The position numbers were made by a program, and so were the translations under genes. 64,000 nt of DNA, from positions 10,918 through 74,917 of the forward strand of contig MU626365.1 of NCBI GenBank assembly GCA_025603075.1, given 5' to 3'. The notes under the pieces were generated by a model. It was not told where the DNA came from. It worked only from the letters and a program-made list of their open reading frames with translations, and searched no databases. Source of the DNA: Neoconidiobolus thromboides FSU 785 (Eukaryota > Fungi > Entomophthoromycota). Below, in pieces: positions 49,347-62,496 of this stretch (position 1 is its first letter; each line of letters opens with the position of its first letter).

Positions 49347-50702
49347 ATGAGACAAGCTCGTCCAAGCCTTCGATTAAAACCACAGGAAATGAAACTAAAT
49401 CCTGCTGCCATTAATGGCTCAGATTCCCCTTTTGCTGCTTTTTCAAAATTTGTGTAAAATTAAACTGTTGATCCTATTTTTTTGTATTAACTCATGTTAT
49501 TAGTGATCCTTCTGGTAAGCTCAACTTTGGTGGTAAAGCAATAGTGCATGAGAAGGGGGTGGATTTTTCTAACGGAAATAGTTATAAAATTAACATGAAA
49601 GAATTGGAATTAATGGAAGTTCTTGGCAAAGGAATGTATGGTACAGTACAAAAAGCTTTTCACAAACCAACAAAAGTTATTATGGCAATGAAAGTATAAT
49701 TTTATTTCTTTGTGATAAACAGGGTATTTATATTTTTGCTAGGAAATTCGCTTAGAATTGGACCAAGCTAAATTAAATCAAATTTTGATGGAGTTGGACG
49801 TTTTACATAAATCACAAAATCCTTATATTGTAGATTTCTATGGTGCATTTTTTGTAGAATCCTGTGTTTACTATTGCATGGAATTTATGGATTGCGGGTC
49901 GTTAGATTTACTCTGCTGGAAAGGAGTTCCTGAGCCCATTTTAGCTAGAATAACTGAATCTGTAAGATAATAATATAGCAGTATGATTAATAATTAATTT
50001 TTTTAAAGATGATAAAAGGATTGAAGTTCCTTAAAGATGAGCTATCTATTATTCATAGAGGTAATACAATTGATTACAACAGTAATTTTTAACTATAAAA
50101 TTTAGACGTCAAACCTACCAATATTTTGGTCAACTCTAAAGGAGAGGTTAAACTTTGCGATTTTGGTGTTTCTGGGCAATTGGTTATGTCAATGGCAAAA
50201 ACACATATAGGATGTCAAAGTTATATGGCACCAGAAAGAATTACATCTTCTTCAGCATCAAGCTACACTGTACAATCTGATATATGGTCAGTTGGATTAA
50301 CAATGTTAGAGGTTGCTACTGGGGATTATCCATATTCTGATAAGAATTATGATTCAGTATTTGCTCGTTTAAATGCTATTGTTATGACAGAGTCACCTAC
50401 TCTTCCAGAACCGGAATTTTCCCCAGAAGCAAGGGATTTCGTATCACAATGGTAAATCAATAATTAGTTGTATAATATAATTTCATTTATATTTTAAAGT
50501 TTAAGAAAAAAACCGGAAGATAGGCCAACTTATTCTGAATTACTAGTAAGTTTAAAAATAAGGACAATTTTAAATGATTTAACAAGTTTTCATATAGGGA
50601 CATCCATTTTTAGTTAAATATCGTGATGTTGAAGTAGATATGGAAGACTGGGCTAAAACTGCTTTCGAGAATAGGAAACCACCACCAAAAGAAATTGCAT
50701 AG
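49347..50702 (+). CDS. PBS2: MAP kinase kinase of the Pbs2/Wis1 (HOG) type, multi-exon
   Basis: [41 protein letters not shown] and activation loop [28 protein letters not shown]; short N-terminus. Confidence 0.88.
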
Positions 50703-51764
50703 GTATAAATTTGATTAAATTGAGGCATTCAATAAATTATAGCCTTGTCAAGGAAGTTTTATGTAATTCATTGTACCAAACACCGTAATATTAATCATGT
50801 TTAACCTGTTTCATCTCACTTATTTAAAGTGATATATAATATTAACTATTCTATGGCTACCTTTTTTTGTTGAATGTTTGATATTTTTCCTATATTTTGA
50901 AGTATTGTTATTAAAAAAATTATTTCATACATTTTTACTTTTATGAAAACTTTCCATTTTTATTTTTTATTAATTTATAACATGATTTAATATATGAGCA
51001 TTATACAAGGTAGTTAGATAATAAATTGGTGAGTGTATCAATATATAATATATTAAAAAATAAAATCAACAGTTCAGTATTTGTGATTTAATTTAATTAA
51101 TATCAAATTACTATGATTTAATACAATAATTTTTTTAAATTTAGTTCAAATCAATAATCCCACAAAACCTGTATTCTATGCTAAACACAAACTCAAAAAT
51201 CTCACAACATGAAACTTTGCGTTATTTTAATTCAAATAAAAACAGGTCAAAGTTCATTACTAAATAATGAGTACTGATTCAATTTTTTAATTGATTATTG
51301 AGATAAATACTAGTTTTTGCTTTGGCCTAAATAATACAATCTAAGATTATATTAGGTCACCGAAGCTAGTGATAGTTTCCTATCCCACAAATAAAAATAA
51401 ATAATAAAATCACTATTTTAAAAGGTTTAATTTACTTAACTTAGCTTTAAGTACCAAGTCAAATTGCCTGCTATAATTCAGTTATTTAAAGGTGCCAATG
51501 TGTACTTGAAAACAACTCCTTATTGGTGATGTGTCCCTTTTAGGTTGATGCTCCCTTTAAATTAGGAATGAAGCTTAATTTTGTTTATTGAACTTATTTC
51601 AATTAAACTTTCATTTCTAATTATACATTAAAACAAACTATTTAATATAGTTAATCTTTATAATAACATGAAAAACTTTTTTATTTTACGTATTAATAAT
51701 GAATAAAATATTTAAAATTTCAGATTACTACTAGCTTGATAAAATATGGGATCTTTTGAAAAAG

Positions 51765-51868
51765 ATATGGGGATGTATTTTTAAGGATTTTACTAACAAA
51801 ATTTCCGCTCAAATAGTTTTTAAAAGATAGAAAAAATAATGAAGCAAAAAAAAAAAAAGCTCCCACAT
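51765..51868 (-). mobile_element. MITE family A copy 10
   Basis: ATAT|GGGGATGT...GCTCCC|ACAT; a stray ATATGGGAT end-like fragment lies about 20 bp to the left. Confidence 0.8.
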
Positions 51869-53341
51869 TTTGTTTTTAATTTTTTAAATAATATATCAGG
51901 TATATATTATGTAAAACTGTTTTTTAATATATTTTCAAGCTATTCAGTATTTTTGAAAAAAATACTAACTTAACTACAGTCTCATTTTAAGTTGTTGAAA
52001 TATTTACTATCATCATTTTTTTAATTGAATTTTGATAATAATTGAATAGTTGAATAGTTAAATAAATATTATATAATAGTCTTAATTTACTTATTTGAAA
52101 TATTTAATAGTATAAACTAAGCTAATTTTTGAGACAACAATCAAACTATTAAAATGTTAGTTAATTATAAAGAATTATCACAGCTTAAACTTGGTCCATT
52201 AGAGTTGAAAACTCTTATGTCTACTATCTGATAGATAATGTATGTAAATTAAATAAAACATTCGAAAGATGTCTTATATAAAACTATATCAGGTATAATT
52301 TATATGTCTTTAAAATAGGTTTAGCAATAAATATTTTATTAATAAATCATTTTTAAACTAAACACCATTTATATTAAAAAATAAAGTACAATCTTAGAGA
52401 GTCGCCTAATGATCTTTCAAACTTTGATATTAATTTGGGCTTTGTCGCGTTTAAGTTTCATAAAAATATTAAAAGTTTGAATAAGTGTTTAAAGCATATT
52501 CGTTTTTTCTAATAAAATTTCTTTGTGCTATTAAATGTCTATAAACAGCAAACATTGGCATTAAAGATTCTATTAATGAATAAAGGCACTTTATAGAGCA
52601 AAACACTAAACTAAATATTACATAAATATGCAAGTAAAACAACATGAAGTAGAATTTAGTGTAGTATAAACAATTGGTGAAGCGCCATAAAATAATTCGT
52701 ACATTTTATTCTCAGATCGTTCTAGAACTCCAATTTCATTTTAGTAATATAATAATCTTAATCTTAAATTACCATTAATTCATCTATTGTCAACTAAAAA
52801 AGATGAATAAGATAAATAAATTGATTTGTTTAAATACTATTGGCAATTTTGACTTACAGATCTCAAGGAGATTAAAAACAATATCTGTATAAAAATTACA
52901 TGAAGAGATAGGATAGTAAATGTCCAATAAATTCAATTATTATACATGTTTACTTCGGATACCTTGAATTCGGCCCTTGAGTCAAGTCGTTTGGAAAATT
53001 TACTTTTAAATTTTCAATTGAGAAAGCTTCAGTTGTTGGTTTGGCATTGCCAAACTATTTTTTCAAAGTTAGTGAATAGGTAATAAATTACAAAGCCCTT
53101 ATAAAACCTAGAAATAACTATTAAAATCAAAAAATTGTAAATTTTGCATTAAGATATATATAATTTAAAACTTAGTATTGTCTTCTAGGATTTTCTAGAA
53201 TGCTAATGTTTCATGGGATTATAAAAGAATTATAATCGAAAAGGCTGATTGTTTAGTTTGACATATTTTTATTTGAACTAACATGGTTTACACATCTCCG
53301 GTTTCAGATTAACCTTGCATTATCTATTACAATAAGTAAAT

Positions 53342-53447
53342 AAATGAGAATCTATTTTTTTGTTCAAAAATTTTATTAATAACTTTTCCATTCAAATAGC
53401 ACTTGAAAAATTGAAAAATTGATAAAACCAAAAAAAACACCTCAAAT
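53342..53447 (-). mobile_element. MITE family A copy 11 (degenerate, AAAT TSD)
   Basis: AAAT|GAGAATCT...CACCTC|AAAT with core TTCAAATAGCACTT. Confidence 0.7.
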
Positions 53448-54030
53448 AAAATAGTCCAAGTAGGAAGGTTTTTTGACTTATATAAAGGCTGTTATTTTCT
53501 TATAGAAAATGTTATTGGATATCTACATTTGCTCTGCGCTTTATAGTCACAAAATTCTTTAAATGCTATTAAACTTTGACATAAACAACCACGTTTACTA
53601 CTCGGTAGTAATTTAATTTAATCTCAAAGTAATAACTAAATAATTTTTTTTAGAAATTTTTTAGTAAAAAAATAACATATTTAGATATTAGAATGGAAAG
53701 ATGATAAATAGAATAAAATTACAGCTGTAATGGTGAGGACGGCATAATTAATGTTTTTAATAAATCAATTTAATACTTTATGAGTTGCATAACATCATAA
53801 AGTTTATAATTGAAATAAACTTCAAAAAAATTATGGTAGCAAATTACTTTTCTATCTTTTTATAGTAATGCGTCGGGTAATTTACTAAAAAAGGCAAATG
53901 GGTTAAAATTCTAACAAATTGAGTTAAAAATATACTTCACCACATTGGAAACGTTATGTTAGGTCGCTATAAATAATAATTATGCCACTAAATACAAAAC
54001 TAAACTTTGAAGAATAAAAAAATTATTTCA

Positions 54031-54621
54031 ATGATGTATAATGTACCTTATAGTATAAACAGCACAGATAAGCAGCTTAAATCATCTGAATTTAATCCCA
54101 TTTTGGCTTTACATCCTTATAAGGCACTTTATATGAGAAAAATTTACCCAGATTTCACACAATTTGGGCCAGTGTTTGATGACCATGTTTTGACTCCTTT
54201 CTTTCCTTTACCTATCACTTCTTCTAATCTATGTACCAATGGATTAGAAATGATGAATGTAGAAGACAACTTTATTTTAATGAACTCGTCTTTTGATTCG
54301 CCTTGTGGTGGATATTATAATATTGATTCTAAAATTTTCGATAATTCTATGTCAAACATGAAGTTAAATGATACAGCATATCATAATAAAGGTCATGAAT
54401 CTAACTTAAAGGCATCTAAAGAAAATTAACTCATAGTTTACCAATGTGATATTTGTGGAAAGGTATTTGATCGAAAATATGTACTAAAGCGTCATCATAG
54501 ATTACATATCAATAAATGAGAATATTACTGTAAACCTTGTGATATGGGATTCTACAGGAAAGATATTCATGATCATCATTTAACAACAAAAAAATTCATG
54601 AGATCTCATAAAATAATTTAA
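54031..54621 (+). pseudogene. Zinc-finger paralog B with two premature stops
   Basis: Collinear with 58678-59265; in-frame TAA at 54427-54429 and TGA at 54517-54519; last zinc ligand Cys changed to Phe (54595-54597). Confidence 0.9.
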
Positions 54622-55489
54622 TACTGCTATCTCAATTTTGTTTGAGATAAATTTTTTGTACATGTTTGTTGAATTTTAAAATTAAATTGTAAATCTAAAA
54701 TGAAACTTAGTCTTTTAACTAGTTTCGTGTATTGTAAATTATTTAAAGTTTACTTTTATTTTCTTTAGAATAATAATATAAATGTATGTTCCGAAAAAAT
54801 CAATTTCTTTAAACATATTCAATCATAAATTTAAACCATGTATCTTGCTATTGTAAAAATGACCGAAGAACATCACCTGTATATTTATGCCCTTTATGAG
54901 AAAGAGGCAATTTAAATGGCTCTAGTTCCCTTTAGTTTCATGATCACGACAATAGGATTAAGTATTCGTATTTGAAAACGATAAATGTGGTATAACACTA
55001 ATAAATTAACACTTATCTGTAGGGATCTAAGGATTTTAGAAAGTTCATAAATTGGAAATAACCAAATTTCAATTTTAGATAAGTAAAAATTCTTTATAGT
55101 ATCTCCCAGACATAATAAATATACTACTAGTGAATTGTAATATCCCATAATAGGTCATTTATTTTGAACTAAAGTAGCTCATAATCAAGCTAATCTTAGA
55201 TACTATCATAGTTGTTGGTGATGTGAAAATTTCTTAATCGTTTAATGTTAAATAATGCCTTTATCTCATTTATAGGGCGATTGGGAAATTTAACTGTATA
55301 ATTAAGGTGTGTAATCGTGTAAATCGAAATACTACATTTAAAAAGTTTAAAATCTTGAAAGGAATATTTTAACTACTTAGAAGGGTAGATTAATATAAAA
55401 ATAATGTCATTTCATTATGTGTTATGCATTTTTAGTACATATCACTGTTATTGATGATTTTTTCAATGCTGTTCTAACAACCAAAAAAA

Positions 55490-55596
55490 CCATGAGGATA
55501 TATTTTTTAGTTTCATTATTTTTCCCATTTTTAAGCGTTATCTGAGTGGAAAGATTCTTAGTAAAATTCTTAAACGAAAAAAATATATTCCCATTT
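55490..55596 (+). mobile_element. MITE family A copy 12
   Basis: GAGGATAT...TATATTCCC with core TTAAGCGTTATCTGAGTGGAAAG; TSD not preserved. Confidence 0.75.
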
Positions 55597-56023
55597 AGCT
55601 CTTAAAAAGGCACTTGAATTATTTTTATTTTTCAATTTTTACTAGCCTAACTTAAACCAGTAGGAAATGGTTTTCAATATGACATCCTTAACCGCTAGAT
55701 GTTGAAGCTATTAGATAATCTGAAATGAATTAGAGTGGGACTTTTTTACTTAAAATCTCTATTGATAAAGACTAATCAGTCTCAATCTCCAAGTCGTAGT
55801 TAATTTAGACAATTAAAATCCCTTATTTTCTCTCTCTAATACTCCTCCTAAAGATGTACATTTACCAAAGGCTAGCCGTGAGTCTATCTAAATGTCCTCT
55901 GAAGAGAAGGTTCAGATAAAAATCAGTAATAATGTAAATTTCAAGGAGTTTTTACATAAATAAATGATCCAAAAATATATTTAAAGCTTTTTAAAATAGT
56001 GATATAAATATACTCATTCTAAG

Positions 56024-56128
56024 ATATGGGGCTGTTTTTTTTAGTTTCATTATTTTTCCATTTTTTAAGCGCTATTTGAGTGGAAAGATTGTAGTAAAAT
56101 TCTTAAATAAAAAAACACATCCCCATAT
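56024..56128 (+). mobile_element. MITE family A copy 13
   Basis: ATAT|GGGGCTG...CATCCCC|ATAT; one substitution relative to copy 2. Confidence 0.9.
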
Positions 56129-57521
56129 ATAGAATGATTATTTTGAGTTTGTCCCCAAGTTTTACTACCACATATAACAAAAATTTTAAATTCAAAGGGT
56201 ACAGTAATTGATATGTGACATTACATATTTCTTACCCGAACAACTTATTAACGTATAAGCTGTTTATTAATTTTTTTAAATGTTATTTACAGATTATACC
56301 TAAATATTGGAGTCTCAGAACGAATACTCTTGTCAAATATGTGCTCCCAAAAATTATTTCATCCAAATTATAAACATGCATATATACATGATTAAAAAAT
56401 TTGTCTTTAGTTTAGTTTAGATTTATATGACATCAAAGTATAATACTCTTTTAAGAGCTTTACAATTAAAATTGGCACCTCTTTATTTTAAAAGGTTTAC
56501 TTAAAACTCAACGCTTTTTGTATTTAAAATTTGTAAGGACTTCTTAAGTACTTTTCGTTATTTATTATGCCAAATATATTGATTTAACAAATTATATAAT
56601 TATTTGTACCCCATACCTCGCTATTTCTTTTATTCATGTGCTCGATCAGTAGAATGTTTTTAAATGATTTAATATCCTTTGTAATTTCTTTTGCGTCTAT
56701 ATTCTTTATATAGATTTAAGTCATTGTAGCAAAGTTCAAATTAATTAAATTAAGGATGGCTCAATCGCTTTTAGATAATAAATCTAATTCCCTAATAGTA
56801 GCAGCTGTTACGTAAAAAAGTCAATGGCTTTATTTTAAAAGTGTAGTTGAAATTTATAATGAGATCTCTTTTAAATTGTTTTTTTAAAACCAGAACAATT
56901 TTTTAAACTTATTTCTTTATAATGATATATTGTAGTACATTTCTTCCTATTTACTTTTTTACTAAATAATCTGATTTTTTATATAGTATTTGGGTAGATT
57001 TTATTTTGACTATTACTATTACTATTACTATTGTTATTAAAAAGCATATTTGCTAATTTGAACTAGCATGTCATTTATCTATATATTTTTCTATAACCCT
57101 AGTTGAAGCATAAGCCCAGTCTCAGACATTTTAATTCAAGGAGATTGTAGCTTGAAGCAAAGACTAATGCTTTGATTTAATTGAGTAATATACTGGTTGA
57201 ATTATATACTAAAAAAACCGAATTTTAAGAGGGTTATAATATAGATATTTTTAAATTTATAATAAAATCGGATAGTTTGTCAACTACAAGAATTAAACCG
57301 TTAACTGTATCTAAAAAGAACAACCCAGCTAATTTAAAAACTTCGTATACTTATATAGTAGTAAATAGCAGTAATTTTAAATAAAGTTTATTTATGAGAA
57401 AAATTGAAAATTCAAGGGTTTATCTTATTGTTTAATTGAACTTATGCTGTAAATAGAAAACATGCCAATGTTTAAATTTTATTTTAAACATTCAGTATTC
57501 TTTTATAAATTTGTGAACACT

Positions 57522-57623
57522 ATATGGGGAAGTTTTTTTTCATTTCATTATTTTTCCCATTTTTTAAGCGCTATTTGAATGGAAAGATTGTTAGTAAAAT
57601 TCTTAAAAAATACATCCCCATAT
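57522..57623 (+). mobile_element. MITE family A copy 14
   Basis: ATAT|GGGGAAGT...ACATCCCC|ATAT. Confidence 0.85.
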
Positions 57624-58677
57624 TATGAATCATGACTTTTAGATATTTATAAAAAAAAGTAGTGGCTTATTTATATAATAATTAGTCGTTTTTCAATGAA
57701 CTATTTTGGTGGAAAACACATATTTAAACAAATAGATTAAAACTATATATAATTATAAGTGATAGTTTAATGTCAAATCATCAGAAACAAAAATTTAAAT
57801 AAACTTAATCCAAATATAAATATTACCGTTTGTTATTAAATCACAAATGATACGTATTTTGAACAGATCATTTAACGTTTTAATTATTACACTTGTTACA
57901 TTTATTATGTAAGAGAAGTACTATGCTTTGTTAATCTCAAACAAGTTTATCAATTTGATTATTAAATAGTTGCTGCATACATAGAATAATCATTTCATAT
58001 TATACTTTATGTTAATCACAGTTTTTAATATTGAAAGTATAATTTGATAAAGAAATTTTTGATTGGGCTTTATCATCCTTAATTTAAATTAATTATGTTA
58101 AATATAACTTGCATATAAACACCGAGGTATTGAAAATTAAATTAAATTAAAACCATAAACTTAAAAACTGGCATTTTTATTGTTTCAAATCTTATGGGTT
58201 TTTTAACTATTCTTTTAAGGTGATTAAAATTTTTAAATAATTGCAGCTTTAGATTTAGTGGCAATTTCAATAATCGCATTACTTCAGCCAATGATAGTCA
58301 CAATATACAGTCACAAACTCGGACCAATTTTCTATAGCATCAACTTTTTACTTCACTAGCATTAGTAACCTGGATTAAAGTTGACTAAACTTACGAAAAA
58401 GGATGTGGTATTTGTTTTAATTCTTTTTTATTTATGGGCTACAAAAACGTGAAAAAGTGACTTTTTTCTTTATTTGTATGCATCGGAAACTCGTTTTATT
58501 TTAGTAATAATTTTTAGAATTAAATTAGCTTTGGCTTTGTTATTTTAATGCTAAGAGTTTATACTTTAGGATAGTTATACATCACCACAATATATTATAC
58601 TGGAATAAAATAGTATAAATAGGATAGGAAGCCCGATCACTTTCATCAAATTTAATAAATTACGAAATTAGTTTAAC

Positions 58678-59265
58678 ATGAATGAAAGTCTATCTATGAA
58701 TATGCTCATCAAAGACGGCATTAAGCAGCTTTATTTTACTCCTAATTTCAATTTATATTATTATAATACCCCTTATGTAAATGAAGTTTATCCTAGTTTT
58801 GTACAAACAGAACCGATGCTTGATAATTACATCTTACCCCCTTTATCTCCTTTATCGGGTTCCTCTTCTAATGCATATTTTAATGATTTAGAAATGATGG
58901 ACGTAAAAGATAACTTTACCATGATGAGTCCTCCTTTTGAGCCTTTTTACGATGGATACTACAATTTTAGTCCTAATACATTTGAGCCTTTATTACCAAC
59001 TGTGAAATCAAATGATATAATATATAGTAACCCAGGTAAAAGAAGTAACATGAAAGCATTCAGGGAAAATCGACCTATGATTTATCAATGTGATATCTGT
59101 GGAAAGGTATTTGATCGAAAATATGTACTAAAGCGTCATCGTGGATCACATACAAATAAAAGAGAATATTACTGTAAACCTTGTGATATGGGATTCTACA
59201 GGAAAGATATTTATGATCGTCATTTGTCAACAAAGAAGTGTATGAAAGCCCACAAACTCACATGA
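58678..59265 (+). CDS. Two-finger (C2H2 + C2HC) zinc-finger transcription factor, paralog C, intronless
   Basis: CDICGKVFDRKYVLKRHRGSH and CKPCDMGFYRKDIYDRHLSTKKC; homologous along its length to 39723-40301. Confidence 0.9.
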   Translation: MNESLSMNMLIKDGIKQLYFTPNFNLYYYNTPYVNEVYPSFVQTEPMLDNYILPPLSPLSGSSSNAYFNDLEMMDVKDNFTMMSPPFEPFYDGYYNFSPNTFEPLLPTVKSNDIIYSNPGKRSNMKAFRENRPMIYQCDICGKVFDRKYVLKRHRGSHTNKREYYCKPCDMGFYRKDIYDRHLSTKKCMKAHKLT

Positions 59266-60527
59266 TAACTGGTTTTTATATGATAAAAATTTTGTATTTA
59301 ATTTTAATAAAATAGTTTTATATTTAACTTATGACTTCTAATTTTGATATTAACTTTTTGTTACAAAAAGTCCAAAGGCTGATGATATATTTTTATACCA
59401 AGTTGATTGTTTTCATAATTATTTATTATAAGATATGCTAATGACCACATTTTTTTCATTTACTTTCTTCCAACATTCTATTAATTTTGCTAATTTGCGC
59501 ATCTACAATTAAACTTATTCTTAACCTGGTTCATGCTAGCTTAGAATAGCTTATGGCTTGAAGAAATGATTGCAATGTATTATTTTATTTGTTTCGTTAT
59601 TTTCAACTTTAAATGTTGGATATAAATTTACAGCACCTTGCGGTTATGTTTTAATTTCTATCTTATAGGTGACCTTTAATTATAGCAATTAATAGTTAAA
59701 AAATCTTAGATTCAAACTATAACCAATAATAACGCCATTAAATAAATACCCTATAATAAATGTATTTTATTAACAGTTTTTAATAAGTTTATTCAATTAT
59801 TCAAATTTAAAATTACTGTGGTTATATTATACTTGTTATAAAAAGAGAATGGACTTCAGGTATAAGTCTGTGTTCAATTAAGCTACCAAATTATTATGTA
59901 TAATAAAACTAGAAACCATGTAAGTATTTTAAAACTCTATAGCTTAACTTTATATTGGATAAACTTTTATTTTTTAAAGCTTAAATAGTTATTTTTAAGA
60001 TTTCTAATTTTATTAAATACAAGTAGTTCAAGTAAATATTGTACATTCAATAAATAGGGAGGAAATAAGCATTTTTTTGGTTTAATATGAATCTATTCCT
60101 AAAACTATAGATAAATTTTTATATTTATAGAAAAATCAAGATAGTGTTGTTAAGCTGCATGATATAAATGCATAAGTATTGTCATGGAATTAAAACATTT
60201 TCGTATTTCTAAAGTCTATTCTTTTGTTTTTTAAGCTATTACTAAAGCTATTTTTGATTGTATAGGTGTTTTTTAATCCTTATTATAAACTTTCTATAGT
60301 TTGGTTTACTTCATATCATTAAAGCAGCTAAAGTCTAGAGGTTAATAACCTTATTTTTTTAAATATTTAATCGCTTTTTTTAGATAAAGTAATGTCTTTA
60401 AATGTTTATTGAATGTTATTCAATCTGTAGATTTATAGCTTCAATTTAGAATTTTAGACTGAGAGGATTCGGGCTATGACCTTAGCTAAGAGCAGATGAC
60501 AGTTAATATTTTAGGGATTCCTTTTGC

Positions 60528-60634
60528 ACCTGTTGGTGTTTTTTTAGTTCTCCCACTTTTTCCATTTTTCAAGTGCTATTTGAGTGAGAAAGCTATCAGC
60601 AAAATTCTTAAACAAAAAAAATACACTTCCATTT
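60528..60634 (+). mobile_element. MITE family A copy 15 (degenerate)
   Basis: Core TTCAAGTGCTATTTGAGTGAGAAAG and right end ATACACTTCC; left end eroded. Confidence 0.7.
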
Positions 60635-62496
60635 ATTGTTTTCATAGCTAAGTTTCTCTAACTAGTAAAATTGATTTAGGATTTTATAATTATAGGTTGT
60701 AATATACATTTAAATGAATAAAGTTATAATGTTTATAAAAGTACTTGAAAAAAACGTCATAATATGCTAAAAAGATTACTAATTAAAGGTGAGAACATCC
60801 AATTTCCTAACACCGACTCCAGATTAAATGCCTTTAAAATAAACAATAAAGACATGAAAACCTTTATTTACCTTCGTCTTTGTCTCTTTACACTCTTTTA
60901 GTATATATGTAAAGCACGTGGGGAATAGGGCTTTCAAGGATTTTTAAAAAGCTAAACAGTAAATATTATTAAGCTTGTAGTCCTTTTTGCTTCAAATTTA
61001 TTTTACATTCAGATTAGCAATAAAATGAAGAAAGGTGGATATTCTAACTTTATTCCACCATTATAAATATGATAAAGGAGAGTTGTAATTCCATAGCTGC
61101 TTCAAAGCTTCAAAGCTTCAATATACTTTTAGATTGTGCTCCTGGCCTTTTATAGACAAGAAATATTTTTGGAAATAAATCCTATCTATAGAAAATTCCA
61201 TATATTCTTTGTAACATATTAAACTAATAACAATTGAGTAATTTTGTAAAAAATATAATTAATATTTAAACTTTTTAATACATATGTAATAACAAACAGT
61301 CTTGAAATTCAATCATATGCTTTGTAAAAACAACTTTTTTATAACTTTTACATGCAAAATTACTTTTAGACATAGCTTTTACCTCTCTATTTTATGAATA
61401 AAAATTTTAAACATGCAAATTCCCACTTGTTTTTGCTTATGACTTGCTTCTTCAATCCAAGAACAATTGTACTATTAACACATCTTTGGGATTATTTTTA
61501 CTCAAGCAAAATGCTACTTGTTTATGAGTTTTAATTGGCACAATATTTGTAAAATTTATATATTGAAGTTATGTACAAATATCCTAATTCCTCAATTATT
61601 CACAAGTGTTTTTTACCTATGAATAGCTAAAAGCCTGTGATATAAGAGCCAACTCTACTTGAGATAAGCTATATTTCTATTGCTTGATTTTGAGAAAAAG
61701 GTTATCAGCACTTCGAAAATATGATAATCAGCTTTAAATCCTCTTGTATTGATAATTATCTAAACATAAACAATACATAAACCATCTATTTTTAGGATCT
61801 TTTAACTGTTTGTATACCTAATAGTTTTAATAAATATCAAGTATTCAAAAATTAATACTGATATCACATGAAGCTTTTGGCATATATTATTCGATAATGT
61901 GAATAGGTGCTAAGGTGTTTTTTATTATAAGCATATGTGCGGCATGTTTATAGATTATTACTAAAGAATTGTTATATACTTACTGAGGTAAGTAATGATA
62001 TGCTTGGTATCAATAAACTTATATTTGTCTTTAAGCTAAGTAAGGACTATAACACTTTCAATAAATGGTTACATAATTGATAATAGGTGAAATGAGTTCA
62101 ATTATTTTGTTGCAATATATTTCATTTGTTATTAGAAATCGCCTTAAAAGGCATTAAAATTATAATTTTAGAAAGAAATAGGTAGAAAGATATATTGTTA
62201 TAAAATGATATCACCCACTAAAGTGGTTATTTGTTATGAACCTTACCCTGAGTTAATCCAAATAAGAGCAATATTCACGATTTGAGTTTGTAAATAGTAA
62301 CATCAATTTTTGTTACAATTTTATTAAAATTTGATGTTTTTGACTAAACTTATCCCAAGCTATTTATAGAAAGATTATACTTTTGGATAATGGAAAAAAA
62401 TTGACACTACATTTAACCATGATTTAAAAATATATCGCTTATAAATAAGTACATACATATGGCCTTTTAAAAATAATAACGATAAAAATAACAACG

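Noticed and set aside
54427-54519. In-frame TAA/TGA as stop-codon recoding or selenocysteine
   Set aside because: The stops coincide with other disabling changes and intact paralogs have Arg there. Housekeeping genes splice into stop-free frames, so the standard code applies.
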